A DNA stretch of 24,447 bases from Bdellovibrionota bacterium (GTDB taxonomy: Bacteria > Bdellovibrionota_C > UBA2361). Below the pieces are notes generated by a model. That model was not told the DNA's origin and searched no databases. It was given only the letters and a program-made list of their open reading frames with translations. The stretch covers positions 1-24,447 of the forward strand of contig JBILDU010000040.1 of assembly GCA_044352465.1 (NCBI GenBank), given 5' to 3'. Positions 9,453 to 16,768 of this stretch are shown in pieces. The first letter of the stretch is position 1. Each line of letters begins with the position of its first letter. The position numbers were made by a program, and so were the translations under genes.

Positions 9453-11645
9453 ATGGCCCACCCATCCCCCGACTATCTGAGCGCCGCCCTTAAGAGCCAC
9501 TTTGGCTACGGGGAGTTTCGCCCGCACCAGCGGGAGATCATCGACGCCACCCTCATGGGCCGAGATGTGTTGGCGATTTTACCCACCGGTGCGGGGAAAT
9601 CGCTCTGTTTTCAACTTCCAGCCCTCCTAGAGGACGGGGTGACGATCGTCGTCTCACCCCTCATCGCACTCATGAACGACCAGGTGGCAGCCCTCCAGAC
9701 GGGCGGATTGCCCGCCGCGGCGATTCACTCCGGCATCGAAAGCGAGACCATTAAGAAGACGATGCGCCGAGCGAAGCACGGAGGCGTGAAGATCCTCTAC
9801 GTTTCACCCGAGCGACTCGTCCTCGACGGATTCCTCGCCTACTGTGCGGCGCTCAACGTCCGGCGTATCGTCGTCGACGAGGCGCACTGCATCTCTGATT
9901 GGGGGCATGACTTCAGACCGGAGTACCGCGAACTCGGCAAAACCCGCGAGCTGCTGCCCAATGTGCCGGTCATGGCGGTAACCGCGACCGCTGTTCCAAA
10001 GGTGCGCGAGGACATTATTGCGCGCCTCAGCATGGCGGATCCGTTTCGGGTCGTCGCGAGCTTCGATCGCCCGAACATCGTCTACCGCGTTGAAGAAAAA
10101 CGGAACGCCATCGCTCAGATTCGCGATTTTTTGGATGACCACGAAGACGAGTCAGGGATCATCTATTGTCTCTCTCGGGCGAGCTGTGAGTCTCTGAGCG
10201 ACAAGCTCAATGAAGCAGGTTTCGTCACTTTGCCGTACCACGCTGGACTCACCGCCGACAAACGGAACCGTCACCAAGAGCTGTTCATCCGCGATGAAGT
10301 ACCGATCGTCTGCGCCACCATTGCTTTCGGAATGGGCATCAACAAACCGAACGTACGTTTCGTAATTCACGCGGATCTCCCCAAAAATATTGAGGGATAC
10401 TACCAGGAGACCGGACGAGCGGGACGAGATGGGCTCCCTGCTGAGGCGCTCCTCCTGTTTCGGACGGGCGATACAGTCAAACTCGCGCGCTTTATCGATG
10501 ACATTGCCGACCCAGCGATTCGTCGCCTCGCCCGGGTTAAGCTCGATGAGATGACCGGGTTTGCGCAAGCCTCGACGTGCCGCCGTCGGACGCTCCTCGG
10601 CTATTTCGGGGAAACATACCCGCATTCGCCGTGCACCGGCTGCGATGTCTGTCGGGGCGACGCGAGTCTCGTCGATGAATCAACCGCGGCGCATCAATTT
10701 CTGTCGAGCGTCGCTCGAGCCGCGCAAGGCACCGAAGTGCGGTTCGGCCTGGGACACCACGTCGCGGTTGTCAGCGGTGCCGTAACCCCGGCGGTCTCGA
10801 AGTGGCGGCACGACACTTTGAGCACCTTTGGCATTGGTCGGGAGCGGGCCGAGCGTGACTGGCGCAACTTAGGGCAGGCGCTTATCGGGGCAGGCTACCT
10901 CACCGTCACCCACGAAAAGTTTCGGACCATCGAGGTTACCCCCGCGGGACGCACGCTCCTTAAGACTCGTGGCACGTTTACGATGTTGGCCACGACAGAG
11001 AGCGCTTCGCCGCGAAAGAAATCGAAGAAGTCGGCGTCACCCAGTAAAGGCAAGGGTGGTGTACTATTCGAGCGACTCCGCGCTCTCCGCAAAGAGATCG
11101 CGGCAGAGCGAAAAGTCGCCGCATATATGGTGTTTTCCGACGCAACCCTCTCCGCGATGGCGGAAACGAAACCGTCAACCGAAACCGATCTCCTCGACAT
11201 CTCCGGGGTCGGGCGAACGAAACTCCGCGATTTCGGGGCGCGATTCCTCGGTGCTATCCACGAATTTATAGGCGGGGGTGGGCGTCCCACGGGTACGGCC
11301 GCGGAGGCGACACCGCCAGCGGTCGAGAGCGACGATCGCCCATCGTGGCAGATCTCGCTGGAGGAATTTCAGCGAGGGCATTCGCCCGCCGAGATTGCGC
11401 AGACCCGAGGACTGGGTGAAAGCACGGTCTGGGCCCATCTTGAACGAGCGCTCCAGAGCGGCGGAAAGCTCGCAATCGAACGGCTGGTCTCGGCGGGTGA
11501 ACGCGCAACGATCGAGACAACAGCGACCGAGATTGGCGCGACGACGCTCCGCCAGATCTTTGAGGCCCTTAACGGCAGCGTACCGTACGAAAAGATCCGC
11601 TTTGTACGTGCGCTTAGCAAAGAGGAGAGTGCGGCCGAGCGATAG
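9453..11645 (+). CDS. recQ: ATP-dependent DNA helicase RecQ (helicase, Zn-binding/RQC, HRDC, C-terminal HTH)
   Basis: LPTGAGKSLCFQLP, VDEAHCISDWGHDFRPEY, ATIAFGMGINKPNVR, YYQETGRAGRDG, CRRRTLLGYFGE..CTGCDVC and HRDC AYMVFSDATL. The start is 9432 or 9453. Confidence 0.97.
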   Translation: MAHPSPDYLSAALKSHFGYGEFRPHQREIIDATLMGRDVLAILPTGAGKSLCFQLPALLEDGVTIVVSPLIALMNDQVAALQTGGLPAAAIHSGIESETIKKTMRRAKHGGVKILYVSPERLVLDGFLAYCAALNVRRIVVDEAHCISDWGHDFRPEYRELGKTRELLPNVPVMAVTATAVPKVREDIIARLSMADPFRVVASFDRPNIVYRVEEKRNAIAQIRDFLDDHEDESGIIYCLSRASCESLSDKLNEAGFVTLPYHAGLTADKRNRHQELFIRDEVPIVCATIAFGMGINKPNVRFVIHADLPKNIEGYYQETGRAGRDGLPAEALLLFRTGDTVKLARFIDDIADPAIRRLARVKLDEMTGFAQASTCRRRTLLGYFGETYPHSPCTGCDVCRGDASLVDESTAAHQFLSSVARAAQGTEVRFGLGHHVAVVSGAVTPAVSKWRHDTLSTFGIGRERAERDWRNLGQALIGAGYLTVTHEKFRTIEVTPAGRTLLKTRGTFTMLATTESASPRKKSKKSASPSKGKGGVLFERLRALRKEIAAERKVAAYMVFSDATLSAMAETKPSTETDLLDISGVGRTKLRDFGARFLGAIHEFIGGGGRPTGTAAEATPPAVESDDRPSWQISLEEFQRGHSPAEIAQTRGLGESTVWAHLERALQSGGKLAIERLVSAGERATIETTATEIGATTLRQIFEALNGSVPYEKIRFVRALSKEESAAER

Positions 11646-11668
11646 AGCTCCCCGTAATCACTCATCAC

Positions 11669-11732
11669 TGCATTTCCTCACTCCATGCATTTCTTCAATC
11701 CCTGCATTTCTTCAATCCCTGCATTTTCTCAC
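11669..11732. repeat. 17-bp-period tandem array TGCATTT(C/T)(C/T)TCA(A/C)TCC, about 4 units
   Basis: Units start at 11669, 11686, 11703 and 11720. The two middle units are identical (TGCATTTCTTCAATCCC). Confidence 0.9.
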
Positions 11733-11928
11733 GACGTGATGACCGAAGGATGAGGTGGTCCGCCTCAGCTTGGGGCCTTTTCTAGACGGGGAAGAAATCG
11801 GGAAGATAAGCGGACTGGGCCCGAAGGTTATGAGTGCGTTCCTCGGTGCCTCTGTCCCGAGCCGGACGAGAATCGAAGCTAGGATGCGGGGCTTCTCGTC
11901 TACCGCAAGCTGATTTACACTGACCAAT

Positions 11929-13101
11929 ATGGATATAACCGCCGCTCGACGCCAGTTCGAAGGTAACCTCTTTCGCACGTCGGGGGAGCCGAACCGCGAA
12001 ACGGGTATGATATTCCTCGACCGCGATTCGCTCGTGTTTTCAAATGCGCGGGGTGAGGTCCGTCTCCCGTTCGTTGACCTCATGGTCACGGCGGGCGGGG
12101 CGAACAATCGGTTGCTCTATTTTTCCCACCCCTCGTTTTCGGGATTATCATTTGTGACGGCGGAACGGGCGATCCTGGACGACCTTGGGTCGGTTATGGG
12201 TCCAGCGTATGCGCCCCAAGTTCGCACGATCGATCGACTTCGTCGGCGAATGATTCAGGGGATTGCTGTCGGAGTGGCGGTGGTAGTGACGTTTGTTTGG
12301 GCGATCTGGGCGCTGAGAGATCCGGTCGCCGGCTTTATCGCCCGCGGTGTGCCGGTTTCATGGGAGGAGCAGGCCGGTGAGGTCATCGCTCGCACCTTTA
12401 CCACTCAAGCCTACGACACCCCAGCAGTGACTCAAGCACTCGACGAGTTCGTGGCTCCGCTCAGCGCGGTCGTGGCTGACACCGGATTTACCCCGCGTTT
12501 TTTTATCGTGCCGGAAAAGAACGTCAACGCGTTTGCCCTTCCCGGAGGCACTATCGTCATCTTTTCGGAGGCCATCGAGAAAGCTGAGTCGGGGAACGAG
12601 GTGCTCGGAGTACTCGCCCACGAACTCGGACACGTGACTGAACGCCACGTACTTCGAAACATCATCTCATCGGTTGGGCTGTATGCGATCTTTAGCCTCT
12701 TCGTCGGGGATGCGGTCGGTGGTATCGCTGCTCTCACGAACGCGGCGCCTCTGCTTATCTCAAAGAGTTATTCACGCGACCTCGAGCGCGACGCCGATGC
12801 GATCGGTTTCCAATACCTTATCTCGGCCAATATCGACCCCCGCGGTATGGTCGCCTTCTTTAACCGTATCGTCGCTATCGAAAAGAAAACGAACGCGGTT
12901 TTTCCAGATGCGTCGCGGCTCTTTGATGGTTTAAGTTTTCTGAGCACACATCCGAATACCGAGGAGCGAATTGCAGCGCTTCAAGAGCGTATCGCCGCGC
13001 TACCGCAGGCCACGTTTCGGAACGTCGATAAGAGCTTCGAGAAGCTCAAACGTGCTTTAAAGGCAGCGGATAACGTCACGCCGCCTAGCACCGGTCGTTA
13101 G
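11929..13101 (+). CDS. M48-family zinc metallopeptidase, membrane anchored
   Basis: NAFALPGG, GVLAHELGHV (HExxH), YSRDLERDAD and FLSTHP, with one TM helix after an N-terminal soluble domain. Confidence 0.93.
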   Translation: MDITAARRQFEGNLFRTSGEPNRETGMIFLDRDSLVFSNARGEVRLPFVDLMVTAGGANNRLLYFSHPSFSGLSFVTAERAILDDLGSVMGPAYAPQVRTIDRLRRRMIQGIAVGVAVVVTFVWAIWALRDPVAGFIARGVPVSWEEQAGEVIARTFTTQAYDTPAVTQALDEFVAPLSAVVADTGFTPRFFIVPEKNVNAFALPGGTIVIFSEAIEKAESGNEVLGVLAHELGHVTERHVLRNIISSVGLYAIFSLFVGDAVGGIAALTNAAPLLISKSYSRDLERDADAIGFQYLISANIDPRGMVAFFNRIVAIEKKTNAVFPDASRLFDGLSFLSTHPNTEERIAALQERIAALPQATFRNVDKSFEKLKRALKAADNVTPPSTGR

Positions 13102-13161
13102 AGCGCCGGGTAGGGCATACGACGTACACTTTTAAGTTTTTTTTGCTCGTGGGAGAAAACA

Positions 13162-13830
13162 GTGGCGAACGTAACGATGGAAGGGGGAGTCGCTTTTCGA
13201 TACCTCCAGGTAACACTCGCTCCCGGGGAGAGTCTCGTCACCGAGGCGGGGGCGATGGCATCGATGGCTCCCAACGTGGCTCTCCATAGTCGCCTGAGCG
13301 GCGGATTTTTCAAAGCGATATTGCGCGCTACCCTCGGCGGCGAATCGCTCTTCATCAACACTTTTTCGAATCCGACGAGTACCCCGTTAAGTTTAACCCT
13401 GACATCGCCACTGCCCGGGGATATCGGGTGCGTGACCCTTGGGGAGGGCGAGTCGATCTCGGTCGAGTCGGGCGCGTTCATCTGCTCAACACCTGACGTA
13501 CGGTTCTCGCTCAGATTCGCCGGTTTTACCTCGTTTATCGCGCGCGAGGGCCTCTTTAAGATCGATCTCCATGGGCCAGGTACCGTATGGTTCGGGAGCT
13601 ATGGCGCGGTCGAGGAACGCACCGTTCAGGGAGAGATGATCGTCGATAGCGGGCACCTCATCGCATACGACCCCGGAGTTCGCCTCAAGCTCCAGCTCTC
13701 GAACGGAATCTTCGGCAGCTTTTTCGGAGGTGAGGGGATTGTGACTCGGGTCGAGGGGAGCGGGCGTATTTTTATTCAGACGCGGAGCGTCACAGGACTC
13801 GCGTCGTGGGCTAACTCAAAGATGGTCTGA
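13162..13830 (+). CDS. TIGR00266/AIM24 family protein (1 of 3)
   Basis: L.PGESLVTEAGAMASM, GGESLFINTF, SPLPGDI, VDSGHLIAY, GGEGIVTRVEGSGRIFIQTR. GTG start after GGGAG. Confidence 0.92.
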   Translation: MANVTMEGGVAFRYLQVTLAPGESLVTEAGAMASMAPNVALHSRLSGGFFKAILRATLGGESLFINTFSNPTSTPLSLTLTSPLPGDIGCVTLGEGESISVESGAFICSTPDVRFSLRFAGFTSFIAREGLFKIDLHGPGTVWFGSYGAVEERTVQGEMIVDSGHLIAYDPGVRLKLQLSNGIFGSFFGGEGIVTRVEGSGRIFIQTRSVTGLASWANSKMV

Positions 13831-13835
13831 ACACC

Positions 13836-14513
13836 ATGAACATAACGATCGGTGGAGGCACAGGGAGCAGCGTCGCGCAGGTCGCGCTCAATTCGGGCGA
13901 GGCGTGTGTCGCTGAGGGGGGGTCGATGATCGCTCTGCGCGGGGGGATTCAGATTGAAACCTCAACGTTCCAACGGGGAAAAGGTGGGGTTATGCGGGGA
14001 ATTCGGCGGATGCTCGCCGGCGAATCGTTCTTTATCAACACGTTTACTGCTGAGCGGGGTGGCGGCGAAGTATGGCTCGCGCCAACGCTCGCCGGCGACA
14101 TGACGACGATCGAGCTGAACGGAGTCGGTGTTGTGGCGGAAGCAGGCAGTTTCATGGTGTGCGGCACCGACGTTTCGATCGACGTCGGGTGGCAGGGCGT
14201 TAAGAGTATCTTCTCCGGTGAGGGGCTCTTCTGGATTAATTGCCGGGGTCACGGCCCCCTCGTCCTCAACGGCTTCGGGGCGATCTATTCGATCGACGTC
14301 GACGGGGAATACATCGTCGACTCGGGTCATATCATCGCCTTTGAGGAGACCCTCGATTTTTCGATCTCGAAGGCTGGTCAGAGCTGGATTACCTCCTTTA
14401 TCGGGGGCGAAGGCTTCATCTGCCGCTTTAAGGGACGGGGCCGGTTGTGGTGTCAGTCGCACAGCTCGAACGCCTTCGGCGGACTCCTTGGCCCTTTACT
14501 TAAACCACGCTAA
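13836..14513 (+). CDS. TIGR00266/AIM24 family protein (2 of 3)
   Basis: AEGGSM, AGESFFINTF, APTLAGDM, FSGEGLF, VDSGHIIAF, GGEGFICRFKGRGRLWCQS. Confidence 0.93.
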   Translation: MNITIGGGTGSSVAQVALNSGEACVAEGGSMIALRGGIQIETSTFQRGKGGVMRGIRRMLAGESFFINTFTAERGGGEVWLAPTLAGDMTTIELNGVGVVAEAGSFMVCGTDVSIDVGWQGVKSIFSGEGLFWINCRGHGPLVLNGFGAIYSIDVDGEYIVDSGHIIAFEETLDFSISKAGQSWITSFIGGEGFICRFKGRGRLWCQSHSSNAFGGLLGPLLKPR

Positions 14514-14526
14514 CGGAGCAGCGCAC

Positions 14527-15213
14527 ATGGCGACGACAGCGAACCTCACTTTCACCGTTTCGGGCAAACCGGATTATAGTCTCCTCAACGTCGTGATCCC
14601 CGCCGGCGAGACCCTTAAAGTCGAAGCCTCGGCGATGGCGACGATGGATACCCACGTGTCGATGAAGACGAAGATGAAAGGTGGGCTGGGGCGATTTCTC
14701 TCTGGCGAGTCGCTCTTTGTGAACGAATTCACCGCAGAGGGCGCACCGGGGAACATCTCGATAGCACCGGCGTCCCCGGGCGATCTTGAGCACGTGCACT
14801 TAAAAGGCGAGACGATCTACGTCCAAAACTCCGGTTTTGTCGCGGCAAGCTCGTCGGTCGCTGTCGAATCAAAGTGGCAAGGTGTCACCAAGGGGTTTTT
14901 TTCAGGCGAATCGTTCTTCCTCGTCAAATGCTCGGGGCACGGGCATCTCTGGTTCAATACGTTTGGAGCGATGATTGCGCTCGACACGGAGAGAGATGAC
15001 CTCGTTATCGACACGGGACACGTCGTAGCGTTTACGGAGGGTCTGACTTACTCTATCTCCCGCATCGGCGGGTACAAATCGCTCTTCTTTTCGGGCGAGG
15101 GCTTCGGCTGCCGCTTTAGCGGCCGGGGACGGGTGTGGATCCAGACCCGGAAGCCGGACCGCTTTGTGCGGTGGCTTTACCCCTTCCGCCCGGTCAAGCG
15201 CTCAAACAACTGA
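14527..15213 (+). CDS. TIGR00266/AIM24 family protein (3 of 3)
   Basis: VEASAMATM, SGESLFVNEF, APASPGDL, IDTGHVVAF, SGEGFGCRFSGRGRVWIQTR. The likely start is ATG 14527 with a GGAG SD; the ORF-track extension to 14128 overlaps paralog 2. Confidence 0.92.
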   Translation: MATTANLTFTVSGKPDYSLLNVVIPAGETLKVEASAMATMDTHVSMKTKMKGGLGRFLSGESLFVNEFTAEGAPGNISIAPASPGDLEHVHLKGETIYVQNSGFVAASSSVAVESKWQGVTKGFFSGESFFLVKCSGHGHLWFNTFGAMIALDTERDDLVIDTGHVVAFTEGLTYSISRIGGYKSLFFSGEGFGCRFSGRGRVWIQTRKPDRFVRWLYPFRPVKRSNN

Positions 15214-15236
15214 TCGCCCCCCCGCCGCCTGCGCCG

Positions 15237-15504
15237 CCTGTACCGGGGCTACTCGCCGCCTGCGCCGCCTGTACCGGGGCTACTCTCGCCGCCTGCGCCG
15301 CCTGTACCGGGGCTACTCTTTCCTACTATACCGGGGCTACTCTTCGCTGCCTGTACCGGGGCTACTATTTCATGCCAAGTGGCAACTCGCCGCCTGTACC
15401 GGGGCTACTCTTTCCTACTATACCGGGGCTACTCTTCGCTGCCTGTACCGGGGCTACTCTTCGCTGCCTGTACCGGGGCTACTATTTCATGCCAAGTGGC
15501 AACT
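15237..15504. repeat. REP-like array: nine direct copies of TACCGGGGCTACT (minus strand AGTAGCCCCGGTA)
   Basis: Cores start at 15241, 15272, 15305, 15329, 15354, 15397, 15421, 15446 and 15471. Seven are preceded by CCTG, and the spacers are re-used. Confidence 0.95.
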
Positions 15505-15532
15505 TTCCCACTGACGGCCCGATTACCGATGC

Positions 15533-16510
15533 ATGACAAGAAAGAAGATGAAATATCACCCGAACGGGAGCGTTCTCTTTTGCACCCTGAGTGTCGAAGA
15601 GGGGCTACTGCTTTTAGCAAACCCCCTGTGCGAGGCGATCATAAAAAGCTGCCTTGCCCGGGCGCTAAACCTCCATCCGGTGAAACTATGCCACTTCGTG
15701 GTCGAGGCAACCCATGTCCATCTACTCCTGGTGGTTGTTAATCCTGATGATGTCGATGCATTCATCCGCTGCTTTAAGACCGAGTCGGCCCATATGCTGA
15801 ATCGGCTCCTCGGGCGGAAGAAACGTACTGTATGGTGCGAGGGCTACGATAGCCCTATCGTGCTGACCCCGATGAGGGCACTCATCGCGATCGCTTATCT
15901 GTACGCCAATCCAGCAAAAGACAACTTGGAGGCTTCCATCGATCGATATCCAGGATTCTCTACGTGGGAGATGTTTCAGTCGGGAATTTCAACAGCACAG
16001 TGGAAACGACTTCGACGTTATCATTTCTCACCCCTCCCCAAAGATGCTCACAACCTCCGCGGATATACGCAGCGCGCGAACGATATCCTAGCCCAGTCAG
16101 ACGAGCTTCAGACATTTACCCTCGAGCCGAACGCATGGCTTGAAGCTTTTGGGTACCGAACACCTGCGGAACAGCAACAGATGAACGACCGGCTTAAACA
16201 CCGCATCCGGCTCCTTGAGAGTCGGGCGGCGGTAAAGCGCGAACGGGAGAGAAAGCGGATCATGGGGCGGGAGCGGCTCATGGCCCAGGTGTTTGATCTT
16301 TTCTACCGACCACAGCGGAGGGGACGGCGGATGTGGTGCCTCTCCGAGAAGCGGCGGGTGCGAGTTCAGTTCATTAAATTCTTTCGCGCGCTCATGGAAA
16401 CGGCTCGAGCGATCAGAAAGCGGTGGCATCTAGGGGATATTACCGTGCCGTATCCCCCGGGGTTATTTCCCCCCTCGATGCCCAAGCTTGCGAACGCCCT
16501 CGGGCGCTAG
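15533..16510 (+). CDS. HUH/Y1 transposase-like endonuclease, REP-associated tyrosine transposase (RAYT) type, with long basic C-terminal extension
   Basis: HUH motif THVHLLL (His codons at 15713 and 15719), F...K...A...NR..GR....W...Y segment, and catalytic-Tyr motif AYLYANP (15896) followed by DNL....RYPGFST. Flanked by inverted repeats. Confidence 0.85.
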   Translation: MTRKKMKYHPNGSVLFCTLSVEEGLLLLANPLCEAIIKSCLARALNLHPVKLCHFVVEATHVHLLLVVVNPDDVDAFIRCFKTESAHMLNRLLGRKKRTVWCEGYDSPIVLTPMRALIAIAYLYANPAKDNLEASIDRYPGFSTWEMFQSGISTAQWKRLRRYHFSPLPKDAHNLRGYTQRANDILAQSDELQTFTLEPNAWLEAFGYRTPAEQQQMNDRLKHRIRLLESRAAVKRERERKRIMGRERLMAQVFDLFYRPQRRGRRMWCLSEKRRVRVQFIKFFRALMETARAIRKRWHLGDITVPYPPGLFPPSMPKLANALGR

Positions 16511-16670
16511 TGATTCCGCCCCCCTAATTCTGCGACTGCCGACTCGCTACGAATACGTGTATCTACTACTCTCTATTACTCTCTCTTTCGGGTGAGTCGA
16601 GGTTTGTTTGCTCGGTTAGTGCGAACGTTCCCCTCGCGCGAACCACTATGCTCGGGAGCGCCGCTGCGCG

Positions 16671-16718
16671 AGTAGCCCCGGTACAGCGGGCGGCGGGCGG
16701 GGAGTAGCCCCGGTACAG
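16671..16718. repeat. two inverted copies of the REP-like unit, AGTAGCCCCGGTACAG
   Basis: Copies at 16671-16686 and 16703-16718 are the exact reverse complement of CTGTACCGGGGCTACT in the left array. Confidence 0.95.
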
Positions 16719-16768
16719 GGGGGCTCAGGGGGAACTACTTACAGGGGGGCTCAGGGGGAACTACTTAC
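16714..16768. repeat. 26-bp tandem duplication ACAGGGGGGCTCAGGGGGAACTACTT x2
   Basis: 16715-16740 and 16741-16766 are identical. The duplication starts inside the last REP copy and ends in the pgi stop codon. Confidence 0.95.

Larger units (their letters stand above)
15219..16768 (+). mobile_element. RAYT-REP locus (HUH gene with inverted flanking repeat arrays) between the AIM24 operon and pgi
   Basis: The left array and the right copies are reverse complements of each other around the HUH gene. The locus fills the whole gap between two convergent stop codons. Confidence 0.75.

Noticed and set aside
9363..9527. Apparent head-to-head overlap of the permease and recQ ORFs (similarly lpxB 1954-2121, AIM24-3 14128-14526, pssA 20282-20398)
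   Set aside because: These come from longest-ORF start selection; family-typical N-termini begin at downstream starts.
15237..15504. CRISPR array interpretation of the repeats
   Set aside because: The core is only 13-17 nt, spacers are 11-30 nt and re-used rather than unique, and there are no cas genes in the window.
15484..15510. sigma54 promoter suggested by TGGCA
   Set aside because: There is no GC at the required GG-N10-GC spacing on either strand of this gene-proximal copy.
15601..15609. GGGGCTACT inside the HUH CDS, and the similar CCGGGGTTATT at 16457-16467
   Set aside because: These are short partial matches to the repeat core in GC-rich coding DNA and cannot be distinguished from chance.
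15135..15741. Overlapping ORFs of 133, 116 and 120 aa across the repeat array
   Set aside because: They are translations of the DNA repeat in all three frames and show no protein-like features.
15533..16670. IS605-type element with TnpB or an IscB-like partner
   Set aside because: There is no second ORF with RuvC or zinc-finger motifs, and the C-terminal extension shows no recognisable RuvC catalytic motifs.
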